NCBI GenBank assembly: GCA_944392795.1
Contig: CALXXX010000006.1
Coordinates: 18,485 to 82,484 of the forward strand
Direction of reading: 5' to 3'
Source of the DNA: an uncultured Alphaproteobacteria bacterium
GTDB taxonomy: Bacteria; Pseudomonadota; Alphaproteobacteria; CAAHEQ01; UBA3637
Length of the DNA stretch: 64,000 bases
In this document: one piece after another, positions 27,446 through 36,621 of the stretch
Layout of the letters: every line of letters starts with the position of its first letter
How positions within the stretch are numbered: the stretch's first letter is position 1
The notes under the pieces: model-generated
Seen by the model: the letters and a program-made list of their open reading frames with translations, nothing else
Database searches by the model: none
Told to the model about the DNA's origin: nothing
Made by a program: the position numbers and the translations under genes

Positions 27446-27476
27446 AAGGGCTTCTTAACTGAAGCCCTTCTTTTTT
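27446..27476 (+). terminator. Rho-independent terminator
   Basis: AAGGGCTTC-ttaact-GAAGCCCTT-CTTTTTT. Confidence 0.8.
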
Positions 27477-27550
27477 AGTAAAAATAAAAGTCGTTGACAT
27501 CCAAGAGCAATCTTTTTAAAATACCGCACATTAAAAGAAAAAGGTAAAAA

Positions 27551-28300
27551 ATGAAAAGAAATGTCGGTATTGTGGGATGTGGTGTTATTGGAGGTGCTTT
27601 AAAGGAATGGCTTGAAAACCATACAGAGCATACGGTACTTGTATCAGATCCACCTAAAGGTTATAATGATGATTTATCAACATGTGATGTTATTTTTATG
27701 AGCCTACATGTTCCAACAGAGAAAGATGGAACACAAGATTTATCTCTTTATAAAAGTCTTTTAAGAACATTACCTGATCATACACCTATTTTTATTCGGA
27801 CGAGTATTTTGCCAGGAACTTCTGCTCAGTTAGCACAAGAGACAGGAAAAGAAGTATACTTTATGCCAGAGTTTTTAACTGAGCGAACTTCTGTCTCAGA
27901 TTTTGAACATCAAGATATTATTTTTACGGCACATGTTGATTTACTAAAGGAAATTTTTCCTGGCAAAAAATATCAAGTTATGTCTTCGATTGAAGCTGAA
28001 ATTGCAAAATATGTTCACAATGTTTTTGGTGCATTAAAAGTCACTTATTTTAATGCTGTATATGACTATTGTCAAAAAATGGGGGCAGATTATAAGACTG
28101 TTCAAAAAGGCGTTTTAATGTCGGGTTATATCAATCCAACGCATACATTTGTTCCTGGACCTGATGGCAAATTTGGATACGGAGGAAAATGTTTTCCAAA
28201 AGATGTCAATGCTTTTGCAAAAGCGACAGAACATGAAAACTTAGGAAAAATATTGGCGGTTATTGCACCGTTAAATGATAAATTCAGAAATAATAAATAA
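27551..28300 (+). CDS. UDP-glucose/GDP-mannose 6-dehydrogenase-family protein, C-terminally truncated (249 aa; the UDP-binding domain is absent)
   Basis: Rossmann GIVGCGVIGG. PEFLTERTSVSDF matches Ugd PEFLREGKALYD. The catalytic-Cys region GYGGKCFPKDVNAF matches GYGGYCLPKDT. The ORF ends ~140 aa early compared with Ugd. Confidence 0.55.
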   Translation: MKRNVGIVGCGVIGGALKEWLENHTEHTVLVSDPPKGYNDDLSTCDVIFMSLHVPTEKDGTQDLSLYKSLLRTLPDHTPIFIRTSILPGTSAQLAQETGKEVYFMPEFLTERTSVSDFEHQDIIFTAHVDLLKEIFPGKKYQVMSSIEAEIAKYVHNVFGALKVTYFNAVYDYCQKMGADYKTVQKGVLMSGYINPTHTFVPGPDGKFGYGGKCFPKDVNAFAKATEHENLGKILAVIAPLNDKFRNNK

Positions 28301-28318
28301 AAAATTAAAGGAATATGT

Positions 28319-30481
28319 ATGACTGAAGGCTTGATTAAAGTAAGTGTTATTCTTCCTATTTATAATGTAGAAAAATATATTTCACAAAGCCTAGATAGTT
28401 TACTTAATCAGACTTTAAAAGAAATTGCAATTATTTGTGTCGATGATGGTTCTACTGATAATACTCCTAAAATTTTAGAGGACTATCGTCAAAAAGATAG
28501 TCGAATTCATGTTATCAGGCAAAAAAATCAATATGCTGGGGTGGCTCGTAATAATGGGTTTGAGTATCAATTGCGGTTGCCAGGCGGTGGTGCTCCGTAT
28601 GTTATTTTCTTAGATCCAGATGACATATATGCTAAAGATATGTTGGAAAAACTGTATAATCGAGCTATTGAAACAAAAGCTGATGTTGTTTTGTCTCATT
28701 TAAATTATATTATTGATAATCGTGTAAGCTTTCGACCTTCTAGTTTTTATGAAAGTTATTTGATACACAAATACATAAAAGATGTTTTTTCTTGGAAAGA
28801 AATAGGCGGTGATGTTTTCTTTTTCCATGTTTATCCTTTTAATAAATTATGTTCTGTAGATTTTCTTCAGAAAAACCACTTTCGCTTTCAAGGTGTTAGA
28901 AATACAAATGATGCTGTTTTCGGATTAGATATTATTAGCTTCGCAGAGAGAATTGCACATATTGCGGATGCGCCGTATTTTTATCGTTTTAATCGAGATA
29001 ATAATACCCGAACGACGAAAGGAAAAAATTTAGATAGTGTATTATTGGCTTATGATGAGGCTTTAAGACATATTCAAAAGCATCCTGACTATGAAAAGAT
29101 AAAACCACAATTTTTATTGGCTCTTGTTCAATTTTATGCTTTTCATATTTATACATATTGTGTTAAGGAAGATAAGAAAAAAGAGTGTTTTTCTCTTATC
29201 TCAAAACAAAAAGATTTTTTTCATAAAGCTCAGGCTTTTATTAGAAAAACTTATTTAGAGACGCCAGATGTGTTAATCATGCAAAGGTATGCATTCCCAA
29301 AACAATTACCTAGAACAGAAGATTTAGGTTTGCATATAGAGCGTTTTTTAAAACAAAAAAAATTTTCTATATACAAAAAAATTAAACATTTTATATGGCA
29401 TCAAAAAGCAAAAAATGACATAATAAAAATGTATTTATTGGGCTTTCTTATTTTTAAAAAAGAAAAAAAACAAAACAAAACCATATGTAAGGTTTTAGGA
29501 ATTTCATTATATAAAGAAAAGAAAAAAAATAATATTATAATCGGGAAATTATGTGGAATTAAGATTTTTAAATCCAAGGCACTTCCATATAAAAGAATCT
29601 TGTCTCAGATGATTCATAAGGCTGATATACATAGAGGAGAAGATGCATATATTCTTTTTGTGAATAGTGGAGAAACATATTTAGTTGCTCAAGTTTTAAA
29701 GGATTTCTACCAGAAGGAAAGGCCTAATAGACCTAAAATTATTGTTCCTCGATTATATCAAAAAATAATTATATCTATGTATGCTCCTTGGGCAGATGTT
29801 GTTGTTTTTCCTGAAAAAAATGAAAATTATCGTCATGTTTGTAGATATATAGAGAAAAAATCTTATATAAAAGGAGTTCATTTTAAAAATATTATACCAA
29901 TAGATATGTGGTATGGTGAGGAAGTTAAAAAAGTTCATTATTTTTCTTTAATTATGAAGATGATGGGACTTCCGATTGAAAAAACATGTTTATTTCAAAA
30001 GCCTCAATTTATTTCATTCGGTAAAAAATGGGGTGTACAACAACGTTTTTTACAGATGAATTTAAATAGAGATCGCTTTATATTTCTTTCTCCAGAGGCT
30101 ACAACAATTTCTCCAATACCTAATCATTTATGGCAAGATTTTATAGATAAAGTGAGAGAAAAAGGATATGATGTATTTTTAAACACAACTTGTTCACCTC
30201 AGTTAGAGGGATGTAAAAGTTGTTTTTTAGATTTTGAAGAAGCGTATGAGCTAGCTTCTTATGCTAAAGCTATTATTGGTTTGAGGAGTGGTTTTTTAGA
30301 AACATTAACAACAATAAATACACCATTCCATGTAATTTATAATAGGGATATACAAGGTAATAACAATCGTCTTCTTCGTAATACTTTATTAAAATTACCA
30401 GGTGTTCATCCGGAACAAATACATGAATATGATTATTTGAAAAATCCAAGATGTTTGGAAGATATCTTGAAATTGTTATAA
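28319..30481 (+). CDS. Multidomain glycosyltransferase: N-terminal GT2, central Lys-rich ~19-aa repeats, C-terminal GT9 (heptosyltransferase)-like domain
   Basis: GT2 motif ILPIYNVEKYISQSLDSLLNQT...CVDDGSTDNT. Repeats MYLLGFLIFKKEKKQNKTI / CKVLGISLYKEKKKNNIII / GKLCGIKIFKSK. C-terminus FIFLSPEATT...IIGLRSGFLE is GT9-like. Confidence 0.6.
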   Translation: MTEGLIKVSVILPIYNVEKYISQSLDSLLNQTLKEIAIICVDDGSTDNTPKILEDYRQKDSRIHVIRQKNQYAGVARNNGFEYQLRLPGGGAPYVIFLDPDDIYAKDMLEKLYNRAIETKADVVLSHLNYIIDNRVSFRPSSFYESYLIHKYIKDVFSWKEIGGDVFFFHVYPFNKLCSVDFLQKNHFRFQGVRNTNDAVFGLDIISFAERIAHIADAPYFYRFNRDNNTRTTKGKNLDSVLLAYDEALRHIQKHPDYEKIKPQFLLALVQFYAFHIYTYCVKEDKKKECFSLISKQKDFFHKAQAFIRKTYLETPDVLIMQRYAFPKQLPRTEDLGLHIERFLKQKKFSIYKKIKHFIWHQKAKNDIIKMYLLGFLIFKKEKKQNKTICKVLGISLYKEKKKNNIIIGKLCGIKIFKSKALPYKRILSQMIHKADIHRGEDAYILFVNSGETYLVAQVLKDFYQKERPNRPKIIVPRLYQKIIISMYAPWADVVVFPEKNENYRHVCRYIEKKSYIKGVHFKNIIPIDMWYGEEVKKVHYFSLIMKMMGLPIEKTCLFQKPQFISFGKKWGVQQRFLQMNLNRDRFIFLSPEATTISPIPNHLWQDFIDKVREKGYDVFLNTTCSPQLEGCKSCFLDFEEAYELASYAKAIIGLRSGFLETLTTINTPFHVIYNRDIQGNNNRLLRNTLLKLPGVHPEQIHEYDYLKNPRCLEDILKLL

Positions 30482-30485
30482 ATTT

Positions 30486-32639
30486 TTAATTTATTTTTTC
30501 AAGAATATCGTCTATGACAGAATCATAATCTTCCGGTCGAATTCGAAAGTATTCATAGCAATTGTTTGTTTGTGTAATGAGATTAATGCTATAAACTTCC
30601 TGAACCCATTTATTAACATCAACTAAGAAAGAAAAGTGAGCCGGATGGCGATCTAAATAAAAAATAAATTTTTTAGCTTTTGTTTCTTGCATACATTCTG
30701 AAAACCCACTTCGTCCTGCGATCATGTAGCCGCACAGCTCAATAAAATGAAATGTTGCTGAAAAGTTTAAGAAAATTTTGTGAACATGAGTATTCAGAAC
30801 AGTATCGTAGGCCGTTCCTTTCGTATTAATAACGATATCAAAATGACGTTTTCTGAAGGAGTTGATTAACTTCTCCATCAATTCTATTGGAAAGTTTCCA
30901 AAAAAGTCTGTTTCTGGGGATAAAAATATTACTTTATTTTGGGTTAGTTTTAAATTTTTGAATGCTGTTTCAGCTTCTTTAATAGCTTGTTGAGAAATAT
31001 GGGGAAGTTCATGAGGCGTGTTTTGGTCTAACAATAAGAAGTCTTTAATAACATGATTGATTGGATAAAAATGCCATTGTTTTTTATCATCTGTAAATGT
31101 TTGAATACCATGTACTTGATCTTTCCATCCATGCTTAGTTTCACGAATCGTGATGTAATTTAATAATTTACCTTTTGCATTATAGAAAAAACCGGAAGAA
31201 GGAGTAAAATGTTTGATATGAATAAAATGAGTATCGATATAGTCTTTTGAAAAACCAAACATTTCAAGTATTTGTTTAGTATAAGGGAAAAAACTACCAA
31301 TAAAAACTTCTTGTTTTAGTTTTTTTTGGAGCTCTCTTAATAGACTAAAAATATAATAGCTCTCACCAGAATGATAATTCAGGTAAAGGAATGGATGCCC
31401 ATTGGCTTGTTTACGTAAAAAGGACATCCAATTGTTAAAAGCTTCTGTTCTAAAATTCTTATTATGATAAACTTTGATGCCCAAAATAGAGATAATTAAT
31501 TTTTTGTTTTTGACTTTTCGGCTAAAGAAAGGAATACCCAAAACAGAAATATTCATTTTATAAGAATTTTTGTGATTTACATAGCGTATAATTCCACCCA
31601 ATAATTTATATTTTTCATTTTTTTTCCTAAAAATAGGAAATCCAAAAATTTCATACTTTAAATTATCCTTTTTTGTTTCCTTTTTGAAAAAAGGAATAAA
31701 GTTAAATAAGAAAATGCGCTTTTTATTATTTTTTTCTTTAAAACGCAATAGAGGAATGATGCCAAATAAATAAATTTTTTTCTTTTTGGGTAAAGCTTGA
31801 TGAAGTAAAATCTCTTCCTGAATATCTTGAATATTAAAAAGTGTTTTAAACGAAAATACAGAATACGTTTTTTTGTCGGTTGAATAATAAACATAAAGTT
31901 TTCTATTAGGTGCAAAGGCAATTAAATCGCATAAACCACTTCGTAAGGCATGTACTTCGTGGCAGTATGTTGCAAGCATGATTACTTCTTCTAAATTTAA
32001 AGGGATATTAGGTACTCCTTTAATGAGAGATTCTTCCTTCGTTATATTAGATACGACGATATATCCTTTATTAAGAAAATTATGAGCTAATTTTTCCCAA
32101 AAACGAGGGGATAAAGGCGGAACGGAATTTGCCTCTGGTAATAATAAAACTATTTTTTCTAACGGGCCATATTGAGCTAATTTTTCTTTTAATCTTTGAG
32201 AGAGAACGGGATATTTAAATGGTTTTGAAAATGAAGCAGTCGTAGGTAATTTTAGAAAATCCTTATACCAGCTTAAGAATGTCAAATGTTCGCGATGTTC
32301 TTTCATCTCTTGAACGAACTTTTTAGCCCAAGGGTGAAAATCTGGATGAGCAACAAATATTTTTCCTAATTCTGGTTTCGGCGTTTTTAAAGCAAAAGAA
32401 AAAAGAGAGGCTTTGTCAAAAGAGGCGATAACATAATCTTTAGTGTCATATAGCTGCGCAACAATCATATGAGAGGGTTTAATGATGAAATGAACTTTCC
32501 CCTTTAATTGCTTTTCTATTTCTTTTTTTAAGCCGATCAGGCAAAGAGAATCTCCCAATCCGCATGGAGATAGGAAATAATAAACATCTGATCTGCCTTT
32601 AAAAGAGCTTAAGTCATTGATGACAGATGAAGAATTCAT
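30486..32639 (-). CDS. Multidomain glycosyltransferase with two GT9-like modules flanking an array of ~6 Lys-rich 19-20-aa repeats
   Basis: N-module FLSPCGLGDSLCLIG (GT9 GxGD motif). C-module VIFLSPETDF...MIAGRSGFSE. The central repeats follow the pattern h-h-G-I-P-h-F-x-K-K-x-x-K. Confidence 0.55.
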   Translation of the reverse strand: MNSSSVINDLSSFKGRSDVYYFLSPCGLGDSLCLIGLKKEIEKQLKGKVHFIIKPSHMIVAQLYDTKDYVIASFDKASLFSFALKTPKPELGKIFVAHPDFHPWAKKFVQEMKEHREHLTFLSWYKDFLKLPTTASFSKPFKYPVLSQRLKEKLAQYGPLEKIVLLLPEANSVPPLSPRFWEKLAHNFLNKGYIVVSNITKEESLIKGVPNIPLNLEEVIMLATYCHEVHALRSGLCDLIAFAPNRKLYVYYSTDKKTYSVFSFKTLFNIQDIQEEILLHQALPKKKKIYLFGIIPLLRFKEKNNKKRIFLFNFIPFFKKETKKDNLKYEIFGFPIFRKKNEKYKLLGGIIRYVNHKNSYKMNISVLGIPFFSRKVKNKKLIISILGIKVYHNKNFRTEAFNNWMSFLRKQANGHPFLYLNYHSGESYYIFSLLRELQKKLKQEVFIGSFFPYTKQILEMFGFSKDYIDTHFIHIKHFTPSSGFFYNAKGKLLNYITIRETKHGWKDQVHGIQTFTDDKKQWHFYPINHVIKDFLLLDQNTPHELPHISQQAIKEAETAFKNLKLTQNKVIFLSPETDFFGNFPIELMEKLINSFRKRHFDIVINTKGTAYDTVLNTHVHKIFLNFSATFHFIELCGYMIAGRSGFSECMQETKAKKFIFYLDRHPAHFSFLVDVNKWVQEVYSINLITQTNNCYEYFRIRPEDYDSVIDDILEKIN

Positions 32640-32648
32640 AAAAAGCCT

Positions 32649-33878
32649 CTATAGATTGATATTTTGAACAAATTTAATCGCCTCATACATTGAAACATCA
32701 GCATTTTGGTATTGCCATTGTCCCCATCTTCCAACGCCAAACAAGTGTTGAGGATGATAATACTCCAGAACATTCTTAATTGCTTGAGCATGTCCGATAA
32801 CAGGAATTGGATAAGCAGCTTGTGTTTCAAAATGAGCTAATGCTTTTGTTCCCATAACAGGATCATCTCCTTGGAAACGTTTAATATTTGTTTCAATATA
32901 AATACCATTTTTCTTGCTGTCGAAAGCAAAGTTAGAAATATAAAATTCCCGATGATAACGACGATTGATATCCGGAACATAGCGCCAATGCCAATTGACA
33001 TCGTAGTCTTTTTCATATAAAGAAACGACGATACGGTTGTATTGCATTTTTGCAAAATCATCTTTTAGAACAGAAGGTTCACCTAAAGCTTTGAACAAAT
33101 CAGGCCAAGGAGCTGTGTTTATTACATTTTTTGCTTGATATTGTTCATTGATGAGCCATGTTCCATCTGCTTGATATTGCATTTTCGTGACAGGCGTATT
33201 GAGAACGACATTAGAAGCTTCATCTTTGTAGATTGCATCAAAAATAGCTTGGAAGCCGCCTTTTTTAGGGTAGTAGAAGCCTATATGAGCAGGGAATTTC
33301 GTGACGTCTTGCTTACGATCCAAACTGTATTTTAAAACTTCTTCCACATTAACACGTGGAATTTTGTATAACCAGTCGACATCCATTTCGGCAGGTGTGA
33401 CTCCCCAAAGCTTAGTATTGTAAGGGATCATATAAGTGTCACAGATTTTATCACCTAGTTTCCAGCGAATCCATTCTTCATAATTTTTTGGTTCAGGTTT
33501 TCCTAAAGATTCTCCATTACGAATGACAGAGATTAAATAGGAAATCTGTTCATCTTGAGGTAATTGCCACAAGTTAGATTCAATAGGATAGTCAATGGTT
33601 GTTTCGCCAATTAACTGCTTTGAAACTCGTGGAATAAAATTAAATTCGCTTTCGGGAATATGGCTGAAAATATAGTCATAAACTTCTTGATGCTTTGTTC
33701 CAAAAAAGTGTCCACCGCCGATATCTAAAATATGACCATCAATTATTTTGGTCGTACATAAACCACCAGCTTCTTTTCCAGCTTCCAGAACCACAACGTT
33801 TTTAATGCCTTTTTCTTTTAATTTTTTGCATAAAGTAACACCAGTGACTCCTGCACCAATAATCAGATAATCATACAT
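32649..33878 (-). CDS. glf: UDP-galactopyranose mutase
   Basis: FAD-binding MYDYLIIGAGVTG at the N-terminus and Glf-family motifs throughout. The true start at 33878 has the RBS aaggaaaa. Confidence 0.85.
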   Translation of the reverse strand: MYDYLIIGAGVTGVTLCKKLKEKGIKNVVVLEAGKEAGGLCTTKIIDGHILDIGGGHFFGTKHQEVYDYIFSHIPESEFNFIPRVSKQLIGETTIDYPIESNLWQLPQDEQISYLISVIRNGESLGKPEPKNYEEWIRWKLGDKICDTYMIPYNTKLWGVTPAEMDVDWLYKIPRVNVEEVLKYSLDRKQDVTKFPAHIGFYYPKKGGFQAIFDAIYKDEASNVVLNTPVTKMQYQADGTWLINEQYQAKNVINTAPWPDLFKALGEPSVLKDDFAKMQYNRIVVSLYEKDYDVNWHWRYVPDINRRYHREFYISNFAFDSKKNGIYIETNIKRFQGDDPVMGTKALAHFETQAAYPIPVIGHAQAIKNVLEYYHPQHLFGVGRWGQWQYQNADVSMYEAIKFVQNINL

Positions 33879-33889
33879 TCTCTTTTCCT

Positions 33890-34948
33890 TTATAAAGATT
33901 GATACCAAGTATAGAAAGCTTGAATGCCTTCTTCCAAAGAAATCTTTGGTTCCCACCCCAAAGCTTTAATTCGTGTGGCATCCATCATTTTTCGCGGTGT
34001 CCCATTCGGCTTTGAAGTATCATACTCAATTTTCCCTTGATAATTGGTAATACGTTTTGTTAATTCAAACAAATTCTTCAATTGAATATCATCACCTTTT
34101 GTAATATTAACAAATTCACCAATTTCGTTATAATCTTTGTTATTCATCAAGTAAATACAAGCATCGGCTAAGTCATCTGAACACATCATTTCGCGATAAA
34201 CTGAACCATCTCCCCACATAACCACTTTATCTGAATATACTCCTACTTTTTCTAAAGCTTTTAAAAGATTATTTTGGTCGTTAAAATCAAGATGTTCATC
34301 TAATCCCCAACCTAATTTATAGCGCTTTAAATCTGTTTTAATCGCATCCCAATCATTTTGCATCAATAACTTTGCTAAATGGAAACGACGCATGATAACC
34401 GGTAATAAGTGCCCGGTTTCCATATTAAAGTTATCTCCTTGACCATATTGATTGGTCGGCATGACTGAAATAAAGTTTGTTCCATATTGTTTATTATAAT
34501 ATTGGCAAAGTTTAATAGCCGATATTTTTGCAAGAGCATACGCTTCATTTGTTTTTTCTAGTTCTCCAGTTAACAGAGCTTCTTCCTTCATCGGTTGAGG
34601 CGCCATACGTGGATAGATACAAGAAGAGCCTAAATTTAAGAGTTTTTTGACACCTGTTTTATACGCACTATCAATTACATTACAAGCGATCATCAGATTT
34701 TGATAAATAAACTCAGCAGGGTAAGTTGAATTTGCCATAATTCCCCCCACTTTTGCAGCTGCCAAAAGAACATATTCTGGCTTTTCTTGCTCAAAGAAAG
34801 AAAGTGTCTGAGCCTGATTTGTTAAATCTAATTCAGAAAAAGTTCTTGTAATAATGTTAGTATAACCAGCTTTTTTTAAGCCTCGATGAATGGCAGAACC
34901 AACCAAGCCCATATGTCCTGCTAAATAAATCTTTGCATCTTTTTCCAT
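33890..34948 (-). CDS. fcl: GDP-L-fucose synthase (GDP-4-keto-6-deoxy-D-mannose 3,5-epimerase/4-reductase)
   Basis: KIYLAGHMGLVGSAI...LLAAAKVGGI...YGQGDNF. It contains a ~30-aa insertion relative to the typical ~320-aa Fcl. Confidence 0.85.
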   Translation of the reverse strand: MEKDAKIYLAGHMGLVGSAIHRGLKKAGYTNIITRTFSELDLTNQAQTLSFFEQEKPEYVLLAAAKVGGIMANSTYPAEFIYQNLMIACNVIDSAYKTGVKKLLNLGSSCIYPRMAPQPMKEEALLTGELEKTNEAYALAKISAIKLCQYYNKQYGTNFISVMPTNQYGQGDNFNMETGHLLPVIMRRFHLAKLLMQNDWDAIKTDLKRYKLGWGLDEHLDFNDQNNLLKALEKVGVYSDKVVMWGDGSVYREMMCSDDLADACIYLMNNKDYNEIGEFVNITKGDDIQLKNLFELTKRITNYQGKIEYDTSKPNGTPRKMMDATRIKALGWEPKISLEEGIQAFYTWYQSL

Positions 34949-34953
34949 ATTAT

Positions 34954-36048
34954 TTACACCTCCTGAGGGATTAAAACCTGATATCCATTTCCTGTTAAGA
35001 ATTTTTCACGCATTGCTTCTTTCATATCAGATTCAACCATATCTTTAACCAACTCTTCTAAAGAATGTTCTGCTTTCCAACCCAACTTCTTTTCAGCTTT
35101 ACTAGGGTCTCCTAATAATAAATCGACTTCTGCGGGACGAAAGTATTTTGGATCTACTTCGATAAGGACATTGCCGGTGGCGGCATCAATTCCTTTTTCG
35201 TTTATGCCTTCACCTTCCCATTTTAACTGATATCCTAATTCTTTAAAGACCAAGTTACAAAAATCTCGAATTGTTGTTGTTTTTCCGGTCGCTAAAACAA
35301 AGTCTTCAGCTTTTTCTTGTTGAAGCATTAACCACATGCCTTTTACATAATCTTTTGCATGTCCCCAGTCGCGTTTTGAAGATAAGTTACCTAAGTAGAG
35401 TTTATCTTGCATACCAAGGCGGATTCGAACAGCAGCTCTGGTAATTTTTCGTGTAACAAATGTTTCTCCTCGACGAGGGCTTTCATGGTTGAATAGAATG
35501 CCATTACAAGCAAACATGCCATAGCTTTCACGGTAGTTAACCGTAATCCAGTAAGCATATAATTTAGCACAACCATAGGGGGAACGAGGATAAAAAGGCG
35601 TCGTTTCCTTTTGAGGTGTTTCTTGTACGAGTCCGTAGAGTTCAGAAGTTGAGGCTTGATAAAATCTTGTTTTCTTTTCTAAACCAAGGATACGAATAGC
35701 CTCTAAGAAACGTAATGTTCCGATACCATCAGCATTTGCAGTATATTCTGGAACATCAAAAGAGACTTTAACATGTGATTGAGCGGCTAAATTATAAATC
35801 TCATCAGGCTGAATTTCTTGTAAGAGACGAATGATATTGCTTGTGTCTGTTAAATCTGCATAATGTAAATAAAAATTACGATTCGCACTATGAGTATCTT
35901 GATATAAATGATCGATGCGAGCTGAGTTAAAGGAGGAAGCACGTCGTTTCATTCCATGCACTTCATATCCTTTTTCCAATAATAACTCTGCTAAATATGA
36001 ACCATCTTGTCCGGTAACACCGGTAATTAAAGCCACTTTTTTTGTCAT
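34954..36048 (-). CDS. gmd: GDP-mannose 4,6-dehydratase
   Basis: [29 protein letters not shown] and the SDR catalytic region. Confidence 0.9.
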   Translation of the reverse strand: MTKKVALITGVTGQDGSYLAELLLEKGYEVHGMKRRASSFNSARIDHLYQDTHSANRNFYLHYADLTDTSNIIRLLQEIQPDEIYNLAAQSHVKVSFDVPEYTANADGIGTLRFLEAIRILGLEKKTRFYQASTSELYGLVQETPQKETTPFYPRSPYGCAKLYAYWITVNYRESYGMFACNGILFNHESPRRGETFVTRKITRAAVRIRLGMQDKLYLGNLSSKRDWGHAKDYVKGMWLMLQQEKAEDFVLATGKTTTIRDFCNLVFKELGYQLKWEGEGINEKGIDAATGNVLIEVDPKYFRPAEVDLLLGDPSKAEKKLGWKAEHSLEELVKDMVESDMKEAMREKFLTGNGYQVLIPQEV

Positions 36049-36056
36049 TATCTATC

Positions 36057-36488
36057 CTATTTTTTCCAATTATTTAAAATCCACGAAGAAGAATTCATTT
36101 TATTTTCTCCTCCAACTCCGAAACGTAACTCAACTTGATAGGCTTTACAAGTATCAATTTCTGGAATATTTGTTTGTGTTCTGTCTCCGCCGTTTGCAAA
36201 AACAAGTCGATCATGTGGGTATTTCTGACGAGCCTTACGAATACCATCACTTGCGGAGTTATCAGAATCATCAAAACTAATTACGTCTATAACGCCTTTG
36301 ATATTTTCACAGATTGTTTGGCGTGTCTTTTGAGACATAAAATTTTTCCCTTTCTTCCGACATAACCACTCATCTGAATTTAAAAGTAAAATAACGCCAT
36401 CCGATTCTTTTTGTGAGGCTTTAATCATTTCAATATGACCTTCATGAATAGGATCAAACCCTCCACTGACAATGTAGTAAGTTTTCAT
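36057..36488 (-). CDS. Cytidylyl/adenylyl-transferase-like protein (HldE domain II / heptose-1-phosphate adenylyltransferase-like)
   Basis: Nucleotidyltransferase HxGH motif VSGGFDPIHEGHI, then LLNSDEW...KG and ...FANGGD. Confidence 0.65.
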   Translation of the reverse strand: MKTYYIVSGGFDPIHEGHIEMIKASQKESDGVILLLNSDEWLCRKKGKNFMSQKTRQTICENIKGVIDVISFDDSDNSASDGIRKARQKYPHDRLVFANGGDRTQTNIPEIDTCKAYQVELRFGVGGENKMNSSSWILNNWKK

Positions 36489-36621
36489 TTTTTTTTGTCT
36501 TTCTTTTATGAATAGTTGAAGGAATTATAATAGATAAAAACTGAAAAGCAAGTAGAAAATCTTTTAAGTTCAATATTTTTTTTAATCGTATCCATTTTTG
36601 TTTAAAATGGTATTTTTATAG

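Noticed and set aside
29400-29600. Repetitive A-rich DNA in the glycosyltransferase genes, considered as a possible CRISPR or other tandem-repeat array.
   Set aside because: The repeats are in-frame coding repeats of ~19 aa, degenerate at the DNA level, with no unique spacers of constant length. There are no cas genes nearby.
33879-33956. The N-terminal extension of glf (MGTKDFFGRRHSS...) overlapping fcl.
   Set aside because: The FAD-binding GxGxxG motif starts right after the internal Met at 33878, which has a good RBS. The extension would overlap the upstream gene's coding region.
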